Source: Pavona decussata
Taxonomy: Eukaryota
Assembly: GCA_977016875.1 (NCBI GenBank)
Contig: CDRNST010000258.1
Coordinates: 248,001 to 312,000, forward strand
DNA: 64,000 nt
Direction of reading: 5' to 3'
The notes beneath the pieces are model-generated. The model was not told where the DNA came from, did no database searches, and saw only the letters and a program-made list of their open reading frames with translations. How positions within the stretch are numbered: the first letter of the stretch is position 1; every line of letters starts with the position of its first letter. Both the position numbers and the translations under genes were made by a program. This document shows positions 25,282 to 37,827 of the stretch, one piece after another.

Positions 25282-27687
25282 AGTTACGTTTTTATATACA
25301 GGTGTTGGTTATAACTATTTATTTGTTGGAAAAAAAAATGTTTTCGTATTATCTAGGAAAAAATCTGCCTCCATGTCTGATACATGTGCAAAACTGGCCA
25401 GTGATCAATACAAACTTTCTTAGCTCAGTATCACATCATCATTGCTTTCCTGTGATGCTGGTTCTTGTCTTTTGGCAGCAGGAAACGTTTGTACAGCTTC
25501 CAATTATGTCGCAGTTTTTTTGAAAGTGGCTTTTAAAATTCATGTCGAAAATCGTTGCCTGGTCGGGCGCATTTACCGATATTGACCCTGTTATACCATC
25601 AACAAAATTTGCCAAAAAAGGTCATAATACGAATTAGTTTTCGTTGTATCGTATGCTAATCGTATTGTGATGTTTTGGTAGAGACAAAGGCTGAAAATAC
25701 ACAACTTAAAATACATTCAATTTTGATTCAAACCTTTTCCACGCTTTGAACTCGAAGTTTAGATCCTTCAGTTCATACTAAAAGAGATATCACCCACGTC
25801 TAAATGAAAACTGACAACAGCAAACAGACCCGTTGGATAATGAAGCGGAAAATGGCAACACCAAGCCTGAATTGGTCGAATTATTTACATTTGCTGATTG
25901 CAGCTTTTCGCCAACAGATAGAATAAGACTGACTATCCAAATAATGCTTAAGTGTTATAAAATACAGCGTAAATGCTAGTTTTACAATTATGTTGTCCTG
26001 TTCTGTCCCAATCTCCTTCTTAATTCTCCAAACGATCGTCATAAAGAAAAGGATTAGCCTTAAAGCTGGCTTAATGGATTTTATGAACATTTAAAAAAAA
26101 AGGTACATTATCAAAAGACAAGATTGCTCCCGGGAAGAAGTGAACATTGCCTTTTTTTTGTAAACAAGAGGCGGAAACATGCCAAGAAGCCGTTCGGACA
26201 ATAATAGCAAAACTGCTATTTCAATTAATTTAAGTGTGCCTTGTGATGAACAGAAAGATTTCTGATTGACAGAAGCATTGTCGAATATGCAAAAAAAAAA
26301 AGCACAAGGATTTGCGTTTGGAAATCACAGCGACCTACGCAACTCTGTTTGAGCGATAGTTCGTTGGCTCCTATAGTAAGCGGTGACCAACACAAAAATA
26401 AAACTTACAAAACGCTTAAATTCGCTTTTCTGAGCCTCAAAGATGACAAAGCCAACGATGGAACTGCGTTAATGTTAATTTTGACCCTACACGCAAATGT
26501 TATCATCTGCTATATTTCATGAGAACACGAGCCTTTTGATATTCGCAAACATTTCCCTGGTGTTTTGAGACTGCTATGAAACGGTTCAAGTTTCTGTGGG
26601 ACCCCAATGTTTTCATAGAAAAGTCATTAATTTTACCAGACGTGTTCAATGTTCTATAAAACAACATGAATTTGAATTGAACATGACCACCCATTAAATG
26701 ATATTTGAATGTTTGGAATTTGTCAGTGATTTCGAAGTGACTGATAAACAACGTTGACCGGTCCACATGTCGTTTTCCCACACTGTTGATTAAGTTAAAA
26801 TAGTTATGTTAAACAAGGAGACACCAGCAGAAAGAGTAAATTGGTCTTTCAAAGATTTTAATTTCATAGTCTTGGTGACAAACAAATGTCATGATTTAGT
26901 AATGTACGCAATATATATCATCACCATGACTCGAGCCAAAAGCCATGGGACACTCACAGAAAACTTTTCGCGCGACTCGTTTCACACTCTTCTCACCCCT
27001 TCTCCTCAGCATAGTATATTTTTTTAATGTCCACGTCATTGCGAATCATTTCAATCATTATCACAATTATGGGGGGAGGGGCGGACTCCGTAAGTCGAGG
27101 GTAGCAGATAACAAGACCAAAAAAGTTATTCTGGGCGTGAATTGATGACCATATCCCAAATGTGCATTTTCTGTCCTTTTTTTTTGTTGTTGTTGTTGTT
27201 CGAGTACCATCAAAAATAACAAACGTCATTTTGCTCCGAGGATTTATGTTTTGTCAAAGATTCGATGAATTGACATTTGAAATAAGACACGGTTTCTGAA
27301 ATTTCAGAGTTGCTTAGCTTTACAGAAAGAGTCTGAGCAGTCGAAAAGATATGGCAAACTGAAATGTTCGCTAAAAGAAGTTGAATTTTATGCTATATAG
27401 TTACATCTTGATTATCGCATTTTTGTCTTTTATTTTACCCAAAAAATTGTTGCATTAGAAAATACGGAAAACCCTTACCAGTGTACGGATCCTCACATTC
27501 CCTTGTCGAGGAGAAATAAAGCCGCTTCAAGTGCTTCTAACCTGAACCGCTTTTCTATTGTGATGAAACCCTTTTAAGTGATATTATATTCAGTACTTAT
27601 GGTTTTGCTGACAGATTACTCAAGAAAGGTTGGCTTCGTAGGAGTAACAGGTATTTATTCCGCTTTCTTTTGGGAAAAATGACTGAC

Positions 27688-27820
27688 TTTTTAATATTCT
27701 TTTGTTTGCTTTCAAAATAGTCCTACTAACCTCTTTTTTTAGTTCAAAATTCGAGAGAAATCTTCATCTAGAGCGAGGCAAGTAGGGTTAATTTGAATGC
27801 AGACAAAAGGATATTAAAAT
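27688..27820. mobile_element. About 130-bp palindromic MITE (second copy at 40156-40287)
   Basis: ttttaatattcttttgtttgc ... gcagacaaaaggatattaaaa. Confidence 0.7.
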
Positions 27821-28133
27821 GTGTGCCCGTTCTAGAGAGTTTCCGCCGCAGTTGAAAGGCGAACTGTTAGAAATACTCGACGGAGCAGCTTTTACTTGTG
27901 GTTTTGGAAACTGGTAAGGGTTATCCGAAGACGCTGACGCCTGTAATACAAAGAATTGTTGGGGAATTAAAAGGCAAATACACGATAATTCTGATAAATA
28001 TAAGATATTGTAAGTCAACTTTGCATACAACTTAAGATCATGCTTGTTCTAGTGCTGTATTCGCCATTCGTTCCTGATTACTGTGGGTGATATTATTAAC
28101 CTTTCAGATAGTCTGGCCGCACTGTTCCACTAT

Positions 28134-28602
28134 AGGGGTTATATCGAATGGTCTTTGCGAGCAGTGTGTTTATTTTTGCGAGCACGAGCAGTTGTCAAAT
28201 TTTTCTTGCGAGCAGCGAGCTCTTCAGAAAAATACAGATGGCGAGCAGTGAGCACTTCGAGTACTTAGTAAATTTTCCGCTAGCTGGAATCTCTCTTTTA
28301 TTATAGGTTACGTTGTTTTGCGCCAAGTAATAGCTAATAATCTGGCTGACATCTCAAAAAAACTGCAAAAAAAAAGGTCCCAAGCTAGGGCGGTTCAACC
28401 AGTTCCATCATCTTACAGCCAATTGAGCCCTGCTTGATGCCAAATTACGTCACGTAGCTTCACGTGAGTCAGAATGCAAGCATGCGAGCAGTTGCAAAAA
28501 ATTTGCGAGCAAGCGAGCACCCGTGTAATTTTTGCGAGCAATTGGAGCAAAGGCCAAATTTTGCGAGCACTCATAAATTGAATGGGACCATTCGATACCC
28601 CT
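28134..28602. mobile_element. MITE with AG...CT termini, internal GCGAGCA repeats and 6-bp TSD (CACTAT)
   Basis: CACTAT|AGGGGTTATATCGAATGGTC ... GACCATTCGATACCCCT|CACTAT. Confidence 0.85.
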
Positions 28603-29207
28603 CACTATTTAGCGAATTGTATTGTCATGGCATCTTCATGAAACTTGCAGATGTGAACTTAAGTGCTTGGAAGTTTATTTGATGAAATAAGAAAACGATC
28701 TGTCAACTGATTTCAAAATTATGGGCATTCTTTTCAAAACTCAAATAAATCGGTCGAATCCTTTTTACGAATAGGTCTATTAAAAAGAGTTCACCAACGC
28801 ACCAATAAATAAGAGCTGAGCGAATAGTCAAAAGAGGACAATAAAGCAACGGAAGCTTTAGATTCCATTCATGCTCCTGTACAGAGACCCGGAATCTACG
28901 AAATGAAGCTGTTGACCACCTAAAAAGAGGTTAAAATAGTGAAATCACACAAAACGAGTGCTCCATAAATGAGTGAAAAGACGAGAGGAGAACTGCCCGC
29001 ATATGGTAAAGAATGTGCTGTTTGTCAAAACCCAATCGCTTCTCGTCCGTTTTGAAAAAATGAAGAAAGAGAAGGGGTCAAAAGTTGACTCTTTTCCTAT
29101 CAGCATTCAAACAGACTGGTAGTGACTTGATTTTAACCGTCGATTTGGAACCGGTCATTGATGTCAGCGTGGTAGGTGTAACACGCCGGAGAACTGCGCA
29201 GATAAAG

Positions 29208-29309
29208 AATCATCATCATCATAACCATTATCATCATCACCATCATCATCAACAACAACAACAACAACAACAGCAACAACAACAACATCATTATCATCAT
29301 CATTATCAT
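29208..29309. repeat. Compound (CAT)n/(CAA)n microsatellite
   Basis: Direct reading. Confidence 0.95.
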
Positions 29310-31832
29310 ACACCCATCACACTTCTTCGCGGGTGCGTAGGGCAGCTACACAATTCTTCCATTTGGCCCGGTTTTTTCCAGAGTCGCAGTTTTTTATTGA
29401 GAACGCAAGCCATTTGTCTTTGCTATCAAAGCTCTGCATGATACCGAGGCACTGTACGAACAGGTAGAGAAAGATTTATTATAAGTAGCTTAATTTGAGA
29501 CGTTCATCAGTAAAACTACGGGCACCCAGTCAATGTCAAATTTGACCACCAGCCATCCGAAGCTATTATCAAGAAAGACTGTTGCACAAGGGCCAAAGCG
29601 TGTCAAGCAGGTTTCCTGAGACTGAACACACTGGAATCAACTGGACTGTGGCGCATAAATGAAGTCAACCTGGAACATCGAAGTTGAACACGGACGGGAA
29701 GCTAATTAAACAACTGTTGGATCTTGAATACGTCTAGGTGACTCAGCCGTGTCAGAATGTATCAAGGTCGAGCAAGACGAGGGATCAAACGGATTATAAT
29801 CAAATCTTTGGTTGAGTCAAAAGTTAAATTATGGTATGACACTCGGTTGTCAGGTGAAGATGAGAGCAACTTTTCACATAAATAGATTACATCTCACGAA
29901 ATCTGTAAAAACGTTTTGCTCCCAATCAGACGTCTTCATTGACAAATGAATAAAGCCACATGACGGACAATACCAAACTATAACAGGCACCTAACACTCC
30001 TACCAAAGACTCTCAGCATGATGCCAGTCCAGCTCATACGCAGAACATAGTACGTGCAATTAGTAGGACAGACAAATGAGTTGCATGACCTAGCTTCCTC
30101 AAGGAATTTGTGTAACCAAAAGAAAAATAGAAGCCAGACTGTGTGTACACTACATATAGGAGCAAATTGGACGGTCACACAAACCAGAGAACAACAAGTT
30201 TTGATTTTTAGCTGGAAGTTGCTTAAGTCTTAGGATGATTTTCATTTGCATTTTTTTAAGGAGGCTTGTCTACAGGTAGCGTTGTTCATGCGACCCCTCA
30301 GTGACATATGATCTACAAGTACGTTGGGATCGATATTAAACAACAAGATCTAGCATACCTGCCCATCATAAGGATTTCCATATCACAGTTCAATTGTCTG
30401 CGAACAAAGCTTATACTTACTTCATGAAATGTGTACAACAATTAAGTACACATCAAACCGTTGAAAACAATTTCCAGGTACACCTCATGATCTGTATTTT
30501 ATGCCGTCGTATCTTTCTTTTTTTCTTATTGATATTGTTCCTTCAGCGCTTTTTATCCCGTTCCTCAAATCAAGGGTAAGAGCAAACACTTCTGAATGTA
30601 AAGCGGAGTGACCAACTTTAATAATGGGTTTCACATTAATTAATTTCAGTGAACAGTTGTAGATAAATACAAAACCGAGGAAAAGGAACCAATGTGAGGC
30701 CGTATCTACATATTTTCGTATTCTCGGAGACTAATAAATTGGTGGAATCCAAATTTAAAGTATTCCAAGGCCTCTATGATAGATTGCAGTAAGGTAAATA
30801 TCTTTCGGTATGCTTAGCTTCCTTTAACAATTGCATGTAGTTGGGATAATGTGCGATAAGTTGAATACAACAACTTGCCCAAAATTTGTTCGTACAGTTG
30901 CTGTATAACAACATGAATAAACGTTAAGTAAAAAGGCCTAAAATGTGGTAACTCTTTCTCTTTTCAAAAACAAAATTCCATTTAAGCTGCGAATATGCGC
31001 CGATTGATACACTGAAATATTAAGTACCGTGTACCATTCAATGTATGAATATGCTCACCTGAGCTGCTGTTTATTTTGAAACACCGCATCTCAGCAGGAA
31101 AGAAGCCTGGTGACCTGTTGACGTTTGATGTCGTTGCTATGAAGAATATTACAAAGGCCCTTTTTACGAATTCTTTTAAAAAAATTAAGATTTTGCGAAG
31201 GACGAGCCTTGACAAAAACGAATGTTCCTTGATAAGCTTTGAAACATTTGCGTTAAATTGAGTTTAAATAATTGCTTTGTAACTGTTTGTCAATAGGTTC
31301 ATTTTATGCCTTGAGCAGGAGGTCATTGTGTGGTTCTTCCAGACGAGCCACATCAACCTTAAACGCGCTTAAAGGAGACATACTTGTCCCTAACTATGTG
31401 AATATGTCTTAACTAAAGTGCCAGCTCTTCTGAATACAAAATCAATACCGAAATTTACGTGCAACTGTGTAAGTTCCTTTGCTATTTTTAGATGTCTAAG
31501 TTTATTTACGGTAATAGCACAAGGCAGGCAATTTAAAGAGAAAAAAAAAATGAGGGTTTGTAATTACATAAAAAAAAAATCATCTCAAAATGATAATTTA
31601 AAAAATAGCTGATTCATTTGCGTGGCCAGACCTTGAAAATAGACCAAAGGAGAAAACCATGCTATGAGCTGTCGTATACAACACGAAAATACGAGTACCT
31701 GCAAGTGGACTAAAATTGAACTTTGACATATGTACAACACAAGGAAGTTATACTCTGCTTGTTTTTTAGTTTTTTTTTTTTTTTGTTTTTTGTTTTTGTC
31801 AAAGGTTTTATTAGACTATCCAACTATTCACG

Positions 31833-31970
31833 NNNNNNNNNNNNNNNNNNNNNNNNNNNNNNNNNNNNNNNNNNNNNNNNNNNNNNNNNNNNNNNNNNNN
31901 NNNNNNNNNNNNNNNNNNNNNNNNNNNNNNNNNNNNNNNNNNNNNNNNNNNNNNNNNNNNNNNNNNNNNN
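31833..31970. other. Assembly gap (N run)
   Basis: Ns. Confidence 0.99.
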
Positions 31971-33883
31971 GGCTTATTTACACTTTGTTCTACATTGTAG
32001 CTTAATTCAACTGGGAAGCAACTTTACAAAATATATAGATAATTATAAATGATAAAAAACTACACTAATACACAAAATTTCAGCACAATTTCATATAGTT
32101 CAAAAGTTGCTTGTATTCGCCACCTTAACAGAAACGCGTGATACCGTATAATGAGATTATTTTGTGGTGAGACCTAGCATCACAAGGAAAGAGGAAAAGA
32201 AAAATTTAGGTTGGCAGGATGGAATGAACGGCGTATACTACTCTCATCATCGCAAACCGCAACACTTTCTTCTTTGAGTCTGTTGAAAGTTTCGGCATTT
32301 CAAAACTTTATAATATTCTATGACGAATTCTCGTGTGAACATTCGTGATTAAGTGATCACTTGTGGAAAACGCTCTCCCTAATGGTAACATTGCTACTTG
32401 TATCTCTATGTTTGGTAATCTGCCAAATTTATTTAACTATACTTCTTTCAGTTTTGTCTCTGATTTCATTTTTTGTCGCTATCAGCACCGCGGTTTGCAT
32501 TATGAGACGCCAGTATAGCCTTATCACAAAATTATACATGGTGACGTGATCTATGTCACTGTAACTAGAAAATAACAACGATGCAAATAAATTCACTCAG
32601 AAATAAATACCATTAAACCACGCGTTTCGATTGCTTGATGCTAGTTTACCATAACATATATATTTCGTTCAAATACGGTGAATCTATACACCCTATTATT
32701 TAGCTTGAATGTAAGGAATACTGAAAGATTTCCATGAAAAATTGAACCGCTAACGAGTTTCGTGACAAAGCGATCCATAGAATTCGTATTAAAGGATATT
32801 GATCGGCCAATGTCAGAAATAGATCTATATTTAAACATCACTTTAATGACGTGGCAAATATCAAGGACTCAATACGAGGTCGATCAACCAACTGATCCGA
32901 ATGTATAAACTCCCTGCAATCAAAGCGACAGTCTAGCGGAAGTGACGAACGAGAGTCGATCAAAAGCGAATAAGTCGTTTGAATGGCTTCAATTTTCCCA
33001 CAATCAGAAATTGTGCATGGTTAACAACAAACAACGTCAGATGAATTTGTTATTCTATTACGGTGGTTCTATCAGTTACGCTTCTACTAAGCTTAAAGAG
33101 ATATAGATATCAGTTAAAAGGCAACAATCGCTATACAAAAGAAAGTACAGGAGCACTAAAAATCTGTTTGAAAGTGTTACAGCATCAGGTGCGCATGTGT
33201 GCGTAACGGTCAGACATACTTTTTGAGGCTCCGCTTAAAGTGTTCAAAAAAGTCAATTTAGGTACTTATAATGAAATAAAAAAGTCATCTTAATTATAAT
33301 TCAATCATAAATCATAATATTTTTCTTCACTTTACATCACTTTTTACTCTTTTGACAAATAATGTATTCAAAACTGACTTTTTTAACGCCTTCAAATAGT
33401 AATTCGTTTATGTATGTCCTTAACACCGCCTGCCTAGATTAGCTCGCTATTTGCAGGGGGTCTTCATTTGTAAGTAACTTTTGAAAAACTTAATAAAACT
33501 CGAACTTGAACACTCGCAGACATGAGTGAAACAATCTTGTAAACAATGTCAACTGAATACTTTTCCTTTCTTTAAAGTACGGTGCAGACCCTTGTATTGA
33601 AGTCTATGTTGGATCGAGGGACGAGACTAGAGCTTCGGTTAGCCTGAGTAAACCGACGTACGTCGTTTTGTGATGCTGCTACTTTGTCTAACAACTGCAG
33701 ATATTCCATGCTTCTTGATTTAATTGGAAGAAATGAAACTTCTAATTTACGGAATTCAGCTTTTGATACGCTGTGTAGGTGTTTTGGCTTTGAAAAAGAA
33801 AACCCTGAAGGAACTTGTCCACAATACATTCTTATAGGCTTTTGTTTTTGTTGAAATATTTTAGTTCGTCGACCAAACTACTA

Positions 33884-34071
33884 CAGTCGGACCTCTATTA
33901 AGCGGCCACCCTGGGGACTTTGGAAACTGGCCGCTTAATAGAGGTTGGCCGTTGAATAGAGGTATCGAATACAGCACTTTACTGACAAAATGATAATTTG
34001 GGACTTTGGAAGGTGGCCGCTTAATGGAGGGTGGCCGCTTAATAGGTGGCCGCTTAATAGAGGTCCGACTG
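33884..34071. mobile_element. pogo/Tc1-mariner-type MITE with TA TSD
   Basis: TA|CAGTCGGACCTCTATTAAGCGGCCACC ... GGTGGCCGCTTAATAGAGGTCCGACTG|TA, internal GGTGGCCGCTTAAT repeats. Confidence 0.9.
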
Positions 34072-34419
34072 TATATTCCAACGACGCTGTGTAAAATAAA
34101 GAAAAAATACTTTTCTTGCTGTAACGCTTATGTTTTTAGCTCATATAAGGGTTCCTTTAATGGTTTTGATTGTTTCCTTCAGTTTCGGTTCTTCTCCTGA
34201 AGTTTTGGTGAGATCCAAGATGGCGGATCCAAGATGACCGGCAATCATGACGTAATTACAACGTCATCATTTCCCGTTGAGGATCTATCCTCAAAGCCTC
34301 ATCGTCATAGCTTTTATACTTGCGTTGGCGTTGAGGGTATCCCCAATACCCGGTCCGAGAAGACAAAAGAAAACTACGTAGGTCTCGATAGAGTTAATAC
34401 AAACCATACAATTTATACA

Positions 34420-34826
34420 TAATGTACAGTTTAATCACTGAACTTCGTGTCATGCAATTTGGTCTGGAAATCATACGTGTGATTTCAAAAACGAACGAGC
34501 GCTCAGCGCTCATTTTGAAATCTCACAGCTTTTTGTCAATATTGAATTCATCCATTTTAATCTGGAAAAGGGGGGATTTGGGCAACAGAAATTATAAAAA
34601 TTCCCACAAACGACTTTTTTTGCCCTATATTTTTTCTGCAATCTGATTGGTTAGTGCAGCTAAGCCATGAAATTTGATTGGTTATTATTATTTCATTTTC
34701 ATTTTGATTGGCTAAAAAATAGGATGCGATTTATAGCAAAAAATGGTGCGATTCGTGAATAAATCGCACTGTTGAGAGCCAATCAGATTGCCAGGATCAC
34801 CAGTGATTTCAAAATGGGTGTAATAA
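34420..34826. mobile_element. Hairpin-ended repeat element with several CCAAT/ATTGG motifs
   Basis: gtgatttcaaaa..gagcgctcagcgctc..ttttgaaatctcac palindrome; aatcactg/cagtgatt end match. Confidence 0.5.
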
Positions 34827-34870
34827 AGAGTCAAAACCAAGAATACATGAAACAAGAAATATGAGTGATA

Positions 34871-35285
34871 GGAACCGACGTTTCGGTGCATCTTGCGCCA
34901 TTATCAAGGTTACATAATTAATGATAAAAAGCGGTTTGTAAAAAGGCTAAGTTGAAGCGAATTTGCATAACATAGCGGCAAGCTAATTACTTAAATACTT
35001 TAGCATGAAGAGAATCGGACTGCACATTCAATGTTGGTTTAAGCTCTTGAATATACAGCATTTCATTTACAAGGCAGTCAAATTTGTTCATGCATTTCTT
35101 GATTACATTGAAGCGTGCTAAGAAATTGTTCGGAACAGCAGTGTTATGTTCTTTGTGGTAATGCTTGCAGATTGATGACGCCTTTTGACGGTGTCCCTCA
35201 ACGCGCGTGTGAAGGTGGCCCTTTGTATACCCAACATAACCTGCATCACACAGGTCACACTTGAATAAATAAACAACACAAGAAT
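34871..35285 (-). mobile_element. Penelope-like retroelement 3' fragment (GIY-YIG endonuclease) with hammerhead-like motif
   Basis: ORF 34987-35292 VVYLFKCDLCDAGYVGYT...EMLYIQELKPTLNVQSDS; downstream CTTGATAAT-GGCGCA-AGA-TGCACC-GAAACG at 34871-34912. Confidence 0.88.
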
Positions 35286-35427
35286 ATACCAAGAATATAC
35301 ACTTTATAAATAAACAAAGTGACTAAATAAGTTTTGGTGAATTTAAGGAATATGTAAGATATACCTGAATTATTGTTTCATGTGAGGACCAAACAAGTCA
35401 ATCTACAGAGTACCTCACCAATTTCCC

Positions 35428-35745
35428 GAAACTTAATGTATGGTCCCAGTTAGTTTTGTTTTCCCGAGAGTCCAGATATTTCGAGAGACGAAGTCGAGGC
35501 AAAAAATCAGGACTCGAAGGAAAACAAAACTAACTAGTTTCCCGAGTGACCATACATTAATTGCTTTGATAAATATTTAGACTTTCCCTCAAACAATCAT
35601 AGCAAAACAAACAAACAACTGAGAGGGCAACAGCTGCGGAATGGTATCCTGGTCGGGACACATTTGTATTTGATCAGGGGCACGTGACTGAGAATCAACC
35701 AATCACAGTGCTCGTTTTGTTGAGTGAAAGTCTAGGTATATAAAT
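35428..35745. mobile_element. Hairpin-ended repeat element
   Basis: ttaatgtatggtc..agttagttttgttttcc / ggaaaacaaaactaact..gaccatacattaa hairpin; tagactttc / gaaagtcta inverted match to the far end. Confidence 0.65.
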
Positions 35746-36352
35746 ATTCATCACTTTCACCGATACTGAGGTGAATAATTGTTTTAGTATATACTACACA
35801 AACTGAATAACTAGCGGACCAAAAAATTATTTCATTTCTGACAATATACCGACAAATGGTATGAAATTTTAAAATCTCGCGCACCACTCGGTAAGTGATT
35901 TCTTAGTAAAGAAAGTTCCGTCTCGCTTTCTTGCAGATAAATAAAACTTTTGAGGACCCTTGTTTAGTTCCTGGAGTGTCATTTCTTCATTTTTTGTCTT
36001 GTTGTTGAAACCATTCTGAAAAATATTAGATGTTTTATTGTTTTCATTGTAATTTTAGTGCTCGGCAGTTTTCGTAAACAAGGGATTGTATTTTCGTTTT
36101 TCGCCTTAGAATAGGAGGTTGAAAAGATTAAACAACTTACCATTTAATAACGTCAAACCAAACTTTGTTTCCATTTGTATTTTTTTTTTTAACACCCGCC
36201 TTGTTTATCGAAATAATTTCCTTAAAAATAACCGTGGCGAAACTGGAAGCCATCTTGTTTCTGTTCGGCTGCTCGGAGGTAAATAGTACTTCGCTATAAA
36301 TCACCTCTGAGCTAGCCAATCAGCGCGCGCGAAAAGTACTATTCACTTGCAG
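35745..36352. mobile_element. Hairpin-ended repeat element (truncated hairpin)
   Basis: gaataattgttttagtata motif shared with 49169-49187; far end agccaatcagcgcgcgcgaaaagtactattcac. Confidence 0.55.
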
Positions 36353-37827
36353 TAATCAAACTCTCAGATGATGAGAAGTTTTTAAATTTAAGGTAAAAAT
36401 ATAGAGGCTTGTTTGACCAGATGGTACAAGTTTGATATTAGAAGAAACCAAAATGGAACCACTATACATGATGGCTCTGATCTTACAGGAAATAAAATTA
36501 TTGACTCAACTATGACTATTTATGTTTGGCTATGATCTAAATTTAAATTGTCTTAATTCAAATTATATCTAAAAAGTGGGTTCTCAATAGTTGTTGTTTG
36601 TGGAAAAGCGGGGAGTCTTTTTCGATCGAATTCTGTAGATTTCCAAAGAAATAATGTTTTATGGCAGAGTTTCGGAAAAAAATTGAATTCCGAGGTACTG
36701 TTGGGATTTTATTTCGATAGTGCGAAGTTCATTTCAACGTGGCTTTTAGCATTTCGAGAACTGAAGGGAAAGTTTATAAATCAATATCAGAGTCCTGCTA
36801 TCAGACTCCCCTTGGGTTGCCTATGACTACCATTCCTGAGGAAAAAATATAGAGCCTTTTCTGGCGAGAGAAGGTGGAGAGGGGGGCAAAGGGGCCAAAA
36901 CTGTTTAATAAGCCTAATTTTTCGGTGGGGTGGGGGATGGGGGTTTAAAAAAATGACAGATGTACAGAGGGACAAGAATCAGGCCGCTTTATAAGCCTTT
37001 AAGGCTTTCTTGCTTCGTATCGATATGCAAATGAGCTCAACATGAAAAGCCGATAATTAATTGTAGTTTAAACAGTAATATATTCACATTCATTCAAAAG
37101 ACACTCTATGACTCACGCTAATTGAGTTATGGGAAGAAAAATTTTGCCCATCCTGAATGGAAGTAAAAGAATAAAGGATTATACAGAAGACAGTAAAGTA
37201 ATATCTTTCTCCCAAACTCAGAAAATCCAAACCAAAGTAAACTACAAAATATGGCAAATTTTTATAAACAAGATTACACAAAACAAAACGTAGGGAAAAA
37301 TTTCTTCTGCTATTTATGATAATGCGGTTGAACGTTTCCAGCAATGAAGTTTTCTTTATCTCTAAAAGGGATGTGAACAGGTGAAGCGGACAAGGAACCG
37401 GAAGAGGCCATATTAAGGACTTTAAGATAGGACGACTACGGACTACGGCTACGGTTGGACGTGAATCAGGGACTGGATCGAGTCAGACTGCGCGTGATCA
37501 TTAGCCCGTGAGTTTCCCGCGTTGTTCGTAGTCCTTCCACTACGGCGAGTAGTCGGCGAGTTTGACGTAGTGACGACTACGTAAGTATTTTTTTTTGCTG
37601 TTTCTTGCCATTTTCTCTTTCCTATTTATGTTACAATGTTAGGTCAAACAAACCAAAGCCTTCTTGTTTTGAGTTAAAGTAGTGCCGATGTTTTTGGTTC
37701 ATTTATCGCCGCGAATTAACTGACACAATGTGACGACCATGTAAACATAGCACATGCATGTACACTTAGCTGTCATAAGCTTTAAGCTTACTGTCATTTC
37801 TTGTTTTTCCTTTTTTAACGCAGAATT

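Noticed and set aside
27788-27941. Possible minus-strand exon after a TTACAG acceptor
   Set aside because: Runs into a MITE with no donor or recognisable domain
29085-29441. ORF with poly-His/poly-Gln
   Set aside because: Translation of a CAT/CAA microsatellite; non-ATG start and no domain or splice context
29500-30200. Possible decayed LINE fragment
   Set aside because: No RT motif could be read with confidence; needs BLASTx
33884-34071. CRISPR-like short repeats (also 28134-28602 and 47610-48120)
   Set aside because: Irregular spacing, enclosed by TIRs, eukaryotic context and no cas genes
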